The notes: generated by a model not told the origin, from the sequence alone. 64,000 nt of DNA from Octopus sinensis (GCF_006345805.1 NC_043011.1:24626464-24690463), one strand, 5' to 3'; positions 1 to 12,586 are shown, counted from the stretch's first letter. Numbers and translations are program-made.

Positions 1-292
1 ATATCTGGTGAATATGGAGGGTGGGGTAACACATCCCAGCCGAGCTCCACAATTTTTGTCTGGTTCCCAAAGCATCAAGTGCCAAAAATGAACTTTCTTA
101 TCTTTCATTTTAAAGGGTTACAAAATTAACACAGGTTATAGGAACATAAACCTTCTTCCATGAAAAGATAGCTTAAACTGTGCTCTAAATGGAGGTGTAG
201 TCAAATCTTATTTTATGGATTCAATCATGTTCTAAAATAAGTTGAACGGTAAGCTACTATAAATCGGCACGAACTTTCCAGACAACGCAATA
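1..292. mobile_element. Right end of a mariner/Tc1-like DNA transposon (terminal inverted repeat ~261-290 followed by TA)
   Basis: The reverse complement of 261-292 reads TATTGCGTTGTCTGGAAAGTTCGTGCCGATTT, resembling mariner TIRs (TA-TTnGGTTG...AAAGTTCG). The left end is outside the window. Confidence 0.45.
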
Positions 293-439
293 CCTTCCAA
301 TCTTCCAGGATAAATAAAATAAAGTACCAGTTAAATTAAATTACTGAGGTTGATTTTGGGTTTTCTATTTATGTATGAAAGAGGATTGGTGATATTATAA
401 GGGGGATGAAAAAAGAAAAAGGTTTTGTTGTATTTTTTC

Positions 440-600
440 TAGCTCTTTACATTCTGAGTTCAAATCTCACTTAGGTCAAATTTGCTTTTCATACTGGTAA
501 AATACAGTGCCAGTCACAAGTTGTTGTTAATGTATTCAACTTGCCCCATTCCTTCAGAATTGCTGGGATTGTACCAAAATTAGAAGGAGTCATTATTATC
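440..600 (+). mobile_element. Degenerate SINE family A copy
   Basis: The motif ttctgagttcaaat...tttgcttttcat...gtaccaaaattagaa matches the family A copies elsewhere in the window. Confidence 0.5.
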
Positions 601-621
601 ATTGTTGTTGTTGTTGTAGTA

Positions 622-770
622 GAGTGAGAGAGCAGCACATGCCATCAAAGTGACACTGGGGTACAAATATATGAAACTCAATGTACTCATCATGACTACC
701 CATCTGATGAGTATACTCTAGGCACATGCATGACAACCATATATGTGCAACATGGTGATGGGCCACATAT
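622..770 (-). repeat. 3' part of the ~520-bp TAA-tailed interspersed repeat
   Basis: gagagagcagcacatgccatcaaagtgacactggggtacaaatat is near-identical to 2509-2600 and 3089-3200. Confidence 0.8.
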
Positions 771-2375
771 TTGCCATGCAGAGGTTTTTGCTCTCATTTA
801 TCAGCCAATTGTTCAAACATATTTTTCTTTGTCATTGATTTCATCTTTGCAACAACAGTTGTTGCACTTCCATCATGCTGTTCAACCTGGGTATTATGTG
901 TGAACTCACTAGCAAATTTTTTGCTCTCCTTCATGACAGAATAAAGCTTCTTAATGTCTCATGGTTTTCAATTAGTTTTAGCTTCCAGTCAATAGATGTT
1001 TCAAGATATTTAGCCAATCCAATTGTGGTGGTTTTATAAGAGATTTCAAATTGGATCAAACCTTGACTTCCTTGGTCTCTGGGAAGGTAAAGACAACCTG
1101 CATTTGCCTTTGGATGGTACATCTTATTGCAAGTCAGCAGCTTACGGATTTTCCTGTTAATTTTCTTTATTTCATAGATATTCCAGTTCAACACATTGAA
1201 ACTATAAATAACAACCAGAACTGCTAAGGAATTTATGGCTAACACTTTGGTATGTGCATCTAACTCTGATTTCAGAACTGCTCAAACTCTCCTGTAACAT
1301 TCCTTTCTGATCTTTTCTATCATGCTTGCATGCTGAATGCCAGAGCCCTCATTTATTCCAAGATATTTGTAAGTTTGTTTCTGCTCAAGTTCTTGTATAA
1401 CTGTGTCCACATCTAACACCACTAAATGTGAGGCCTTCAATTTCCTTTTCTGGAAAGTGGCTTCGGCACATTTATCAAGACCAAATTCCATCCCGATGTC
1501 ATCACTGAATACTTTCACAGAACATGATAGGCCATCAAACTCATTATTGTCTTTACCATAGAGTTTTAAGTCATCCATGTAAAATAGATGGCTTATTTTC
1601 TTATTGTCTATTTTATACCCATACTCTGTTCTGTCAAGTTCACTTGTAAGTGGTATTAGGGTTATGCAAAAACTTGGAAGTGAAAGTGAGTCACCTTGGA
1701 AAATGCCACAGTTGATATTAATATTTTTTGTAGTCAGTACTTCATTAGAGTGATATAATTGGAGATTTGTATTCCATACTGACATGTACTTCAAGAAGTT
1801 TGAAATTATAGGAGAAATTTTGAAGATATCCAGCAATTTCAAGATCCATGAATGCAGTATGCTGTCAAAGGTTTTTTTATAATCAATCCATGAGGAACTG
1901 AGATTTCTGCATTTGTTATGACAGGTATCAAGGATCATGCGATTGATTAGGAGTTCATCTTTGCATCCTTTTTGTTCAGAAGGGAAAATATCATTCTGTT
2001 CCATAAATGCGTGTTTTCTTCTTGAGGATGGTTAAAATTTTATACGTGGTAGATAGACAGGTTATGAGCAGATAGTTTTGGGGAAATTTGGTTTCATCAT
2101 TCTTTAGCAGCAGGTAAGTAATACCACTTGCTAACCAATCAGGTGTTTTCTTAGGATCTCCCATAATCTCATTGAATAGCTGTATGTCTTCTCATCACTC
2201 CAAATATTTTTCCAAAGGTTTTACACTTATTCCATGGGAGGAGGGTCTTCAAGAGTTATTTTCTCCTTCCCTGTTTCTCTGTAGAACGTTTTCACATTGG
2301 ATGCAAACAGCTTATTTTGCTTGTGAAACTTGTTCTCTTCTCAAATCTTCATATTCTTTGAGCTTTTACTTGGAC
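771..2375 (-). mobile_element. Degenerate R4/Dong-clade non-LTR retrotransposon, reverse transcriptase region (pseudogenised)
   Basis: ORF 1282-2004 has RT motifs IDYKKTFDSI, GIFQGDSLS and HLFYMDDLKLY. ORF 931-1245 reads LAINSLAV..YSF..LNW..RKIRKLLT..YHPK..LYLPR..G.QGL. Upstream by-eye translation gives DWLASGITYLL and KAQRI.RFEKR..FYR; downstream gives KPLHGKY. All are typical of R4/Dong. Confidence 0.85.
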
Positions 2376-2376
2376 T

Positions 2377-2379
<3 letters not shown>

Positions 2380-2407
<28 letters not shown>

Positions 2408-2446
2408 ATTATTATTATTATTATTATTATATTATTATTATTATTA

Positions 2447-2508
<62 letters not shown>
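2380..2508. repeat. (TAT)n/(TAA)n microsatellite
   Basis: Direct inspection. Confidence 0.95.
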
Positions 2509-3028
2509 GAGTCAGAGGGCAATGCATGCCATCAAAGTGACACTAGGGTACAAATACACAAAGCCCAATATATTACCCATCTGATAAAGGTGCACCAGAC
2601 TCATGCATCACAACCACATGGGGATCTCTTATCAAGATAAACAGCACATGACTTTGCGGGTGGGTCCCAGTCAGAATTTTCTTCAAGTCAAGTAGCCCTT
2701 CCTGTCAAAAGGTTCCTGAATAAGAGTTGTTTAAGGATGATGAATGAAACACCAATGTTTCCAGAGGTGAATTATCCAAACCCCAAAGAATTCCTCTCAA
2801 CACATGGCTATGATGCTCCCCACTACTCCTGCTCATGATCAAAAATGCACATATCATCAGCCACTAAGAGACATGCTTAACTGGTTAAGGTCAAGCAACT
2901 AACAAGCAAATCTGTGGTATTGAGCAGAATATTTGCTGTAGCCCAAGAGAAAACATGTACATGATAACATCCAGTCAGTTAAAATCAGAAGCCACAAAAG
3001 CCACTGCCTGGTACTGCATCAGGGCATT
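2509..3028 (-). mobile_element. Unclassified ~520-bp TAA-tailed retroposon-like repeat, copy 1
   Basis: High similarity to 3089-3572; on the minus strand it ends in the (TAA)n tail at 2380-2508. Confidence 0.7.
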
Positions 3029-3044
3029 TATTATATTATTATTA

Positions 3045-3078
<34 letters not shown>

Positions 3079-3088
3079 ATTATTATTA

Positions 3089-3572
3089 TGAGAGAGCAAC
3101 GCATGCCATCAAAGCAACACTGGGGTATAAATATACGAAACCCAATATACTTATCATACTACTCATCTGATAAGGATATACCAGGCACATGCATCACAAT
3201 CATATGTACGCAACTTAGTGACCTCATATCAAGATAAATAGTGCATGACTTTGCAGGTGGGGGCCCAATCAGAATTTTCCTCAGGCCATGGAGCCCATCC
3301 CACTGAAAAGACTCCTGAATAAGGTTTGTTTAAGGATGATAAATGAAACACCCATGTTTCCATGGTGAATTATTCAAACCCCAAAGAATTCCTCTCAACA
3401 CATGGCTATGATGCTCCACCACTACTCCTGCTCATGATCAGAGAGGCACATATTGTCAGCCACTAATGGACATGCTTAATTGGTTAAGGTCAAGCAGCTG
3501 ACAAGCAAAACTTTGGTATTGAGCAGAATATTTGTTATAGCCTATCTTTTACACCAAGACAAAACATGTACA
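3089..3572 (-). mobile_element. Unclassified TAA-tailed repeat, copy 2 (tandem with copy 1, separated by (TAT)n 3030-3088)
   Basis: Shares ccccaaagaattcctctcaacacatggctatgatgctcc and most of the remaining sequence with copy 1. Confidence 0.7.
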
Positions 3573-3667
3573 TTATCATTATCCTCCCCCTCCTCCTCCT
3601 CCTCCTCCTCATCATCATCATCATTATCATCATCATCATTATTATTATTATTGTTGTTGTTATTATA

Positions 3668-3885
3668 AGGGTGGTGAGCTGGCAGAAACATTAGCATGCC
3701 AGGCAAAATGCATAGCGGTATTTCGTCTGCCACTACATTCTGAGTTCAAATTCCACTAAGGCCAGCTTTGCCTTTCATCCTTTCGGGGTCAATTAAATAT
3801 GTACCAGTTAAGCACTAGGGTCGATGTAATCAACTTAATCCCCACCCCCAAGCTGCCCTTGTGACAAAAATTTGAAATCATTATT
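3668..3885 (+). mobile_element. SINE family A copy
   Basis: ggtggtgagctggcagaa...ttctgagttcaaattcc...gcctttcatcctttcggggtc...gtaccagtt; more than 12 copies in the window. Confidence 0.85.
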
Positions 3886-4258
3886 ATTATTATTTTATGT
3901 TTGACTTTTGCTTTGCATTTGTACAAGTTGGCTCCAAGTCTCACCTAGAGACCTTAAGAGACAACAAGTTAGAAGTTCATGTTGGCCTAGGGTGCCTTAG
4001 ATTTGGTTTTGTACATAGTGTTGTTCTAGAGAATGTTTAAGAAACCATAAGAAAATTATGTTTGTTTTAAAATTTGAGATTACATAGAAAGTATTTTACG
4101 TAGGATATAAGCAGTTCTGTCAATTTGAATGGTGAAGTTCCAGAGTGAGATAAGATCATTTTCAAGTACCGGAAGGGGTTTGTGTTTTTTTTTTTATTTT
4201 TATTATTATTATCATCATCATCATCATCATCATCATTGTTATTATTATGATTATCATT

Positions 4259-4290
<32 letters not shown>

Positions 4291-4322
4291 TTGACCTTGT
4301 GCCAAAATTTGAAACCATCAAA

Positions 4323-4541
4323 AGGCAGCAAGCTGACAGAATTGTTAGCATTCTGGACGAAATGTTTAGCGGTATTTCACCCATTTCTATGTTCTGAGTT
4401 CAAATTCTGCTGAGGTTGACTTTGGCTTTCATCCTTTCGGGGTCGATAAAATAAGTGCCAGTTGATCACTGGGGTCGATATAATCAACTTGTCCCCACCT
4501 CCCCCAAGCTGCCCTTGTGGCAAAAATTTTGAATAATAATG

Positions 4542-4545
<4 letters not shown>
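4323..4545 (+). mobile_element. SINE family A copy
   Basis: Same motif set as 3668-3885. Confidence 0.85.
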
Positions 4546-4581
<36 letters not shown>

Positions 4582-4582
<1 letters not shown>

Positions 4583-5040
4583 GTGGTGAAAACTCACAGC
4601 TTATTTTGCTGGATATGACAGAAAGTGTCAGCTGTCCACAGCCAACAAACTAAGGGGACACTTGTTTACTGGTCATGCTTCAAGAACCCTGCAAAGAATT
4701 CTTGCAGTTTCAGGCAATTCTGATATTTGTAGGTGTTCTACCTTCACACTTGCACCAATCTTTTTCAGTCATGTTGAGTATTGGTACTTCCAAGTGCTCC
4801 AATTGGTATCACGTCTACTCTCCTCATTGACCATAACCTTTGTATTTCCTACTTCAAATCATCATAGTTGTTTTGTTTTTTTCTTCTTCTTTTGCATTGA
4901 TCCTGTTGGCACCAGGGCATGCAATGTCAATAATCATGCATGTTCTTTCTTTTTTATTCACCACAACAATGTCCAGTTTCTGATGTCTGGTCAGGTGATC
5001 ACACTGAATCATTGCATCCCACAGGGTTTTGCAATTCTCA
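4582..5040 (-). mobile_element. 3' end of an R4/Dong-type LINE: restriction-like endonuclease relic plus 3' UTR, with (TAA)n tail at 4545-4581
   Basis: Minus-strand translation by eye: LWDAMIQCDHLTRHQKLDIVVVNKKERTCMIIDIACPG..KEEEK..YDDLK.EIQRLW..VIPIGALG..ETARILCRVLEA*, a PD-(D/E)xK REL domain with stops and frameshifts. Confidence 0.8.
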
Positions 5041-5082
5041 TTATTATTGGGAGAATCATTAGCACACCAGGTGAAAAAGGCA

Positions 5083-5295
5083 GTGAGCTGGGAGAATTGT
5101 TAGCATGCTGAGCAAAATGATTATTTGTATTTGGTGCATCTTCACATTCTGAGTTCAAATTCCACCGAGATCAACTTTGCTTTTCATCCTTTCAGGGTCA
5201 ATGAATTAAGTGCCAGTGAAACACTGGAGTTGATGTAATCAACTAGTCCCCTCCCCCAAAATTTCAGGCCTTATGTCTATAGTAGAAAGGATTAT
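5083..5295 (+). mobile_element. SINE family A copy
   Basis: Family A motifs. Confidence 0.8.
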
Positions 5296-5358
5296 TGTTA
5301 TTGTTATTATTATTGATGTTGTTGTTGCTGTTATTGTTACTCATTTACTCACTCATTT

Positions 5359-5737
5359 ACTCTTTTACTTGTTTCAGTCATTTGATTGTGGCCATGCTGG
5401 AGCACCGCCTTTAGTCGAGGAAATCGACCCCAGAACTTATTCTTTGTAAGCCTAGTACTTATTCTATCAGTCTCTTTTGCCGAACCGCTAATTTACGGGG
5501 ACGTAAACACACCAGCATCGGTTGTCAAGCGATGGTGGGGACAAACACACACCTATATAAATATACATATATACAACGGGCTTCTTTCAGTTTCCGTCTA
5601 CCAAATCCACTCACAAGGCTTTGGTCGGCCTGAGGGTATAGTAGAAGACACTTGCCCAAGGTGCCACGCAGTGGGACTGAACCCGGAACCATGTGGTTCG
5701 TAAGCAAGCTACTTACCACACAGCCACTCCTACGCCT
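5359..5737 (-). mobile_element. tRNA-derived SINE family B, full-length copy
   Basis: Minus-strand head AGGCGTAGGAGTGGCTGTGTGGTAAG..GGTTCCGGGTTCAGTCCC (A/B-box-like); near-identical to 37255-37651 and 36470-36860. Confidence 0.85.
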
Positions 5738-6599
5738 ATGTTATTATTTTTATTATTATATTTGATTCTCATTATGTAAATACATCAATTTTTTCTATCT
5801 GTGAGACACTGTTTGTTTCAAATTAAATTTTCTTTTGAGTACTTGTAATAAAGACCTATAGTTACTTATGGAAGGTGTGCCTTTGATACCTGAAATTAGA
5901 CAAGTGAAAGCATTTTGTCTTACAAACATTTAAGATTTTATTCATGCACATTACATTTTTGCACCCAAAATAACTACAAAATATACTTATATTACACGAA
6001 CAGAAAACAACACACACACCAAAAATCCCACAAAACTAAAACACACAACTAAATGTCCAAGAGGAAGGAGAAAATGAACATTAAAGTGAGCAATTAATGG
6101 AAGAAAATGTTCCAAATACTCAAATAAGTAATTTTAAAGATAAGCAACACTAGTAATAACAACATCAGTAACTATGATTACATGAAATCAATAACTGTGG
6201 TCCATTTATACTGTCATTGTGTTAAGGTTGAATCTTTCCTTAATACAAACTGAACAAGTGAAAATTTTAGATCTATTATTCATACAAGACAAAAATAAAG
6301 GTAGGTGAGAGAATTTTGTATAAGCAAACAGCATTTCTTTGCTATGGAAATAACAAAGAGAAAAATTATATGTCACTACTTATGAAAGGATGGAAATGGA
6401 CTAAATTTTTCCTTCATGTCAAGCAGTACAAGCCATTCAGGATATATCAAGTGCAAATTCTCTCAATTGAAAAGGGCTAAATTTATAACAGTAATTTGCT
6501 GTATATTCAAAACCAAAGACTCAACCAAAATATAGGCTTCCATTGTCATACATACCTCTGTCTACATATTTGTGTATCAAAGAAACGATGTAGATCCAT

Positions 6600-7450
6600 G
6601 GTTAACTATCACTTCTGTATAGTATTATGGCAAAATGACCAAATCAGGGTTTACAAAAGGTAACACTTGAATAGGGGAAATCAAAATGAAGGATTTGCAA
6701 GTTAAATGACCCCTGAAGACCACAAAGCTATACTAGAACTGCACCCAGTAGAAAGCTCTGAGACAAAAAAACATATGATTAATGACGCAAGAAAGAAAGC
6801 GTTGCTGCTACATTTGTTATAGTTAATCTCACCTTAGAGCCAAATGCCCAGAATAAAAAGAAGATTAAGAAAAATAAAAAGAAAAAGAAAAGAAAGAAAA
6901 ATGAAAATAATGAAGATCAATTGCTACAGAAAAAAAGAACAATAAACTCCACTTTTCAGAGCACCAGCAGCCAAAATTCCAGGAATAGCTGGTGAAATCC
7001 CTTTACTAGAAATAGATAAGCAACCACCTCTTCCTCAACAGCACTACACACCACCATAGCACAATAAGGAAGAAATAATAATTACAGATGAGAATCTACA
7101 AATGATTAGTGAAAACATAAAAGGGAAAAGAGGAAAATATCTCAAAGAAAAAAGGCTCAACATAAAATAGCAAAAACTGGGTGAGGAGGAACAACTTCTT
7201 CAAAATGATGATACCCCACCTCAGGAAAAATAAGGAAAACTAAGATTCAATATTCTTTGAAAATCAAACCAACAGTTAATAGATATAATGATGCTTCTGT
7301 TATGTTACAGACATTCTGAAGAAGTTATGATACAAATACAGTTAGGTTCAGAATATAAACCACATGAAAAAGACAACATAGTAAAATTATGAATAAGGAA
7401 TTACAATAAACTTGAAAAAGCTTACCCTGAAGGTATTTGAATCTTTGATA
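6600..7450 (+). pseudogene. Degenerate gag/ORF1-like relic with a CCHC zinc knuckle (6806-6847)
   Basis: By-eye translation gives C-Y-I-C-Y-S-*-S-H-L-R-A-K-C, exact CX2CX4HX4C spacing with one stop, inside A-rich, stop-riddled coding-like sequence. Confidence 0.5.
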
Positions 7451-7671
7451 CCAAATATCTCAAAAATGCTTACTGGTGCATTTGGTTGCACTTGCACACA
7501 GTTTGAGATGTGGTTGAATGAATAGGATTATGGTATTCCAAAACTCAATCTAGCCAGTACTCTTTCCTGCTTTGTTTCCTTTTAAATATATCTTTTAAAT
7601 ATATATTTATATAATAGAAAATGAGATGACAAAGGAATAACTGATTATCTTATGAACTTCATTAGCATACA

Positions 7672-7875
7672 TCATCATCATCATCATTGTTTAATGTCTG
7701 CTTTCCATGCTGGCTTGGGTTGGATGGTTTGATTGAAAACTGGTAAACCAGGGAGCTGCACCAGGTTCTAATCCAATTTGGCAAGGTTTCTATGGCTGGA
7801 TGCCCTTCCTAACGCCAACCACTCCAAGAGTGTAGTGAACATTTTTTTACATGTCACTGGCATGGGTGCCATTGA
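7672..7875 (-). mobile_element. 5'-truncated RTE 3'-end copy ((GAT)n tail)
   Basis: catcatcat-gtttaatgtctgctttccatgctggc...gatgcccttcctaacgccaaccactcc matches the 3' end of the RTE at 26355. Confidence 0.85.
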
Positions 7876-7888
7876 CAGTTGTTATGTA

Positions 7889-8228
7889 TCTCTTATATAA
7901 AATCTGTTCTGTCTATCTGTCTGTCTGTGTGTGTGTGGCTTCTAGGATCTTGGGCAAACGGTATCAGGGCATGTATAAGTCTTGAAAAAATTACAAAAAT
8001 CGATTCCAGGTGAGAATGCAATCGATAAAGCCATGAGAAATCCTTTTTCTTTGGAATAGAAAAAAAGTCTATCTTTATTTCTTCTTTTGCTGGTGTCTCA
8101 GATTTAGGTTAAATCAGTGTTTCTCAAAGAGGAGGCCTATGGGACGGACGGACAAGTTGGTTTGAGAAAATTTGGTTTAAATATTTGACAACTCAGCACC
8201 ATCCATTGGACAGGGGGCGTTTTGCTCG
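7889..8228 (+). mobile_element. Non-autonomous Helitron, copy 1
   Basis: Inserted between A and T; 5' TC(TCTTATATAAAATCTGTTCTGTC); subterminal hairpin TCCA-T-TGGA; 3' CTCG; homologous to 23688-24237. Confidence 0.7.
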
Positions 8229-8339
8229 TATATATATATATATAATACAAATGCTAAAACATGCACACACACATATACATGCATGCCTGCATACATACAT
8301 ACATACATACATACATACATACATACATACCAAATATGT

Positions 8340-8480
8340 TCCAAATTAACTCACAGTGCATTGGTCAGCCCAGGGCTATAGTAGAAAACACTAGCCAAAG
8401 GTAGCACACATGGGTACCAAACACAAAACTACATGGTTGGAAAGTGCCTTTCCTAACCACACTTATCCACACCTGTGTCT
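8340..8480 (-). mobile_element. SINE family B 5' fragment
   Basis: ttggtcagcccagggctatagtagaaaacac..catggttggaaag. Confidence 0.65.
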
Positions 8481-8969
8481 ATATCAGAACCAATTTTATA
8501 ATTATTTTTATAATTTTTATTATTTTTAATGTTCTCATGCATTTTTGTCAGATTCCTGCTTATTCGACACTTACATACATATTAGGAGAGAGGCAGACAG
8601 GCATTTATGTTTCACATAAAGATATTAAAACGTTTATTTCTTTTAAATATAAATATTAAAGCAAACACTTTATACAAATTAGAGAACAAAATTACAAGAC
8701 AAACAATTAATTAGGACAAAATTTTTACAAGTTTAATTTCAAAAAATTTAGACGTATGCCAAAAATTTAGCACACAAAAGCAAACTGATATCTTTAGAAA
8801 TTATTTATATATGGATTAATATGAAGTGAATTATATAAAGAGAAAATAATTATAAAGGAAATTTCTCCTATAAAAAAAAATGTAGAATGCTACTTTTCAA
8901 TTAGTTTGTAACAAAAAGCTAAGAATTATTTTATTACAAAAATCTGGCTGAGCAAAGATATTTTTCTTA

Positions 8970-9227
8970 TGAATATGTGTATGTGTGCATATGTGCATGT
9001 ATATGTATGCTTATATATATATATTTATATTTATATATATATATATATACACACACACACATATATATGTATACATATATACACATGCATATATATGTAT
9101 ACATATATATACATATGTATATATATATATGTATACATATACATACATATATATGTGTGTGTATTTATCTATAATTTACATTACAAAAAATAGAAAACAT
9201 TCTCATTGATACTTAAAAAATTATATG

Positions 9228-9263
<36 letters not shown>

Positions 9264-9445
9264 TGTATGTATGTATGTATGTATGTGTGTATGTGTGTGT
9301 GTATGTATGTATGTGTGTGTGTATGTATGTATGTATGTATATGTGTGTATGTATGTGTGTATGTATGTATGTATGTGTGTATGTATATATGTATATATGT
9401 GTGTGTGTATGTATGTATGTATGTGTGTATGTATGTATGTATGTA
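8970..9445. repeat. Compound (TA)n/(TATG)n/(TG)n microsatellites
   Basis: Direct inspection. Confidence 0.95.
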
Positions 9446-9984
9446 AATTTATTTTAAATTGCAAGAATAAATAGCACATCAATCTTTAATTATCTTTCCT
9501 TAATACAAAAGAAAACATTTTGGCACACAAATCACTTTGAACTAAAGGACATTCAGTAGAATGCATCCTCTGCCAAGGGCAACATAACATTAAAACCTTT
9601 TGTTTTATACATTTTTTTTAAGGTTATTTGGTTTGACCAATCCATCACCTTAACTACAATATTCTCCCTACAGAGGGATGGAGAAAGAAAAAGAAGAAAA
9701 ACAGACAAAAAACGTAACCCTGCCCCTTTGTAATCCCCCTCCTCCCCCGCATCCTCCTCATTAGTTAACATCCACTTTTACATGCTTGAGTGGGTCAGAA
9801 AGAATTCATTGAGGCAGGATTTTTTTTTTATATGGCCAGGTGTCCTTTGTGTCGTCAACCCTTATCTGTTTCCAAAACAGGTAATACATCATCCCTATGA
9901 CAAAACATATTGTTCATGGAAGACTGGAAGTAACAACATCACTTTCATGATGGTGATACTCATTTGTAAAGATATGGTAATGAC

Positions 9985-10200
9985 CCCCTTCAGTCATGGA
10001 TGACCATGGGTTTTCCCCTAGAAAGTTCCCCTCTGAGGCACAAGTCTGGGCAAGGTTTCTTATGGAAGACCAGCCTCCCCTCTCCCTACCACCGATGTTA
10101 TCCAAGGGAAGGGCAAAGACTGATACTGCTTGGCACCAGTGACATTGCAACTCATTTCTACAGCTGAGTGGACTGGAACAACATGAAATAAAGTGTCTAG
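9985..10200 (-). mobile_element. SINE family E fragment (shares its core with family D)
   Basis: gttatccaagggaagggcaaag..ctcatttctacagctgagtggactgg; related to 45812-46045. Confidence 0.65.
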
Positions 10201-10235
10201 GTACACACAATCACACATACATACAAATATACAAA

Positions 10236-10680
10236 CATCATCATCATCATCATTTAACATCTGTTTTCCATACTGGCATAATTTAGACAGTTTGATTGGA
10301 GCTGGATAGTCAGAGAGCTGCCCAGATTTTATTTGTCTATTTTGGCATGGTTTCTATGGCTGACTGCCCTTCCTAATGCCAACCACTTTACACTCCGTGC
10401 TAGGTACCTTTAACATGATATAGGCACAAGTGCTCTTACTAATACCAATATGAGTGCTTTTTACATGGTGCTAGCACAAGTGCCTTTTACATCACACCAG
10501 CACAAGTGCTTTGCATGTGGAGCCTGCCCATTATGTGTTTATGTGGTGCTGGCACAAGTGCTTTTTACATGGTACTAGTATACATGCTTCTTATGTGGTA
10601 CAGGCATGAGTGCTCCCTACATGGACCCAGCTCAAGTGCTTTTTACACAGGTGCTTTTTATGTGGCACAAGCACAAAGCC
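10236..10680 (-). mobile_element. RTE 3'-end copy with an expanded GTGCTTTTTACA module array
   Basis: (CAT)n, then RTE 3' UTR motifs, then repeated cacaagtgc(t)ttttaca units. Confidence 0.7.
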
Positions 10681-10859
10681 ATAAAAAACCCATTCACTGT
10701 GTTTTGCCATAGGGAAAATTTCTTACTGTTAACAAATAGGTGTGAATACACCGAACCAGCTCGCAGTGCCATCTGACCAAACTGTGGGATGCATGCATCT
10801 CAGAGTAATTATCTCGAAGTCAACAACTGAAACCAGACAAGGTGGCACTGTGAGCTGAT

Positions 10860-11050
10860 GCAAGAGACTGTCACACACACACATATACAATGGGCTTCTT
10901 TCAGTTTCCACCCATCAAATCCACAAGGCTTTGGTTTGCTCAGGGCTATAGAAAAAATACTTGATTTGCCTAAGGTGCTGTGCAATGAGATCGAAATCAA
11001 GACCATATAACTGGAAAGCAAGCTTTTTAACCATGCAGTCATTTCTATAC
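10860..11050 (-). mobile_element. SINE family B fragment
   Basis: gggcttctttcagtttcc..aaatcc..caaggctttgg. Confidence 0.7.
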
Positions 11051-11229
11051 CTACGGCATGCCTACAATTATCGGTGGTAATAATTTTGCAAATTGTGCTG
11101 TCAAAATTTAAGTCTCATAATCATTTCAATATCAAGCACCTTAAAAGTTTGCTTTACATACCTTTCCATCAGTTCAGTCAGATCAAGTACTGATACCTAA
11201 TACTATTCATTTGAAGCAGTTGTATCAAT

Positions 11230-12060
11230 AATGCATGACTTTGTGGTAAGAACTGCAAACCAAATGAGGAAGCCTTGTACATAGCAGTAATTAAACAAAT
11301 GATCAACAACATTAGCAAGCACATCTCTAATTTATCCGCCCACAAAGACACTCTTGAAAAAGCTGCCTCATATTATAATGCTGCATTAGAAAGGTCCGAC
11401 TTTAATATAGCATATACTACATTGAACCAAATATATATAGACCAAAAATGACACAGACAGAGGAAAAGGTTATGGTTTAACCCACCTTATAACATGAATG
11501 TAGCATGAATAGTTAGGAAATTCTTAAAACTAGTAGACAACCACTTTCCACATTCACACAGATACCCCAAGATCTTTGACAGAAATACTGTTAAACTTAA
11601 CTATGGTTGCCTCCCCAATATTGGGTCAATGATACTCAATCACAATAAATATAAACATACCAGAAACACCCCCGAAAGACAATGCAACTGTAGATCCCTA
11701 AACTGCTGCTCTCTAAACAACAACTAGCTCAAGAAAGAACTCATATACCAGACCAAGTAATTATGACATATATTGGAATGACGGCGTCATTCAGAGGCAA
11801 AAATAAAAAAAATATGCAACATCCCTCTCAAATATGATATGGACATTGAAAAAAGGTGGAATAAGCAACCCCCAGATAGAATGGAAAATTACTGCTAAAG
11901 CCAAAAAATACAGAGGACAGGTGCTAAACATGAACTCTGTATTACTGAAAAATTCAACATTATACAATCAACAGGTAACATCCTAAACTTTAGGGATGAA
12001 ACCTTATCTCCTTGCATACACAAGTATTATTTTACACTCAAATACTTCAAAGAAGAGTCA
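11230..12060 (+). mobile_element. Highly degenerate Penelope-like element, C-terminal RT thumb/GIY-YIG region
   Basis: By-eye fragments WFNPPYNMNV..KFLKLVDNHFPHSHRYPKIFDRNTVKLNY.CLPN, QCNC, YIGMT and W.ITAKAKKY, homologous in pattern to ORF 18095-18757. Confidence 0.7.
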
Positions 12061-12538
12061 CCATCTGCAACGGTAATCTCACCAGGATAGCTGCTTTCCT
12101 GAACATGAAACCTGAATACACATAGCACACCAACTTCACACACAGGAAAAATATGCCCCAATGATGAACTACCTCAGCACACAAGTGTAAGAACACCACA
12201 CTCAGAACAAAAACAAAATAATGCAAACAAATTGACCACACAACAATTTGCTCAAAGGGAGACAAACATTCAAGAGATACCAGCCAGGAATAACATCCCT
12301 TGATTCATTGTTTCAATCATGTGAATTCACAAGAATCTCCACAAACTAAATGAGGCTGGGTTTTCCAAAATGCAGGTGAACACCTTTCTCCATGTAATTG
12401 GCCTGAAAAATTATTAAGACACTAGGATATTTTTCTACTTTTCTTAACTTGAAACCAATGGTACCCTTAATTCACAAATAAAGAATTTATATCTGCCAAT
12501 GCAGTGTGGAGTACTCATTTTCATAGTTCAACATTTAC

Positions 12539-12586
<48 letters not shown>

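Noticed and set aside
700-730. CTGATGAG as a hammerhead core (also CTGATGA at ~23362, ~31174 and ~55951)
   Set aside because: No downstream stem II-GAAA-stem III arrangement; the other copies of the repeat have CTGATAA.
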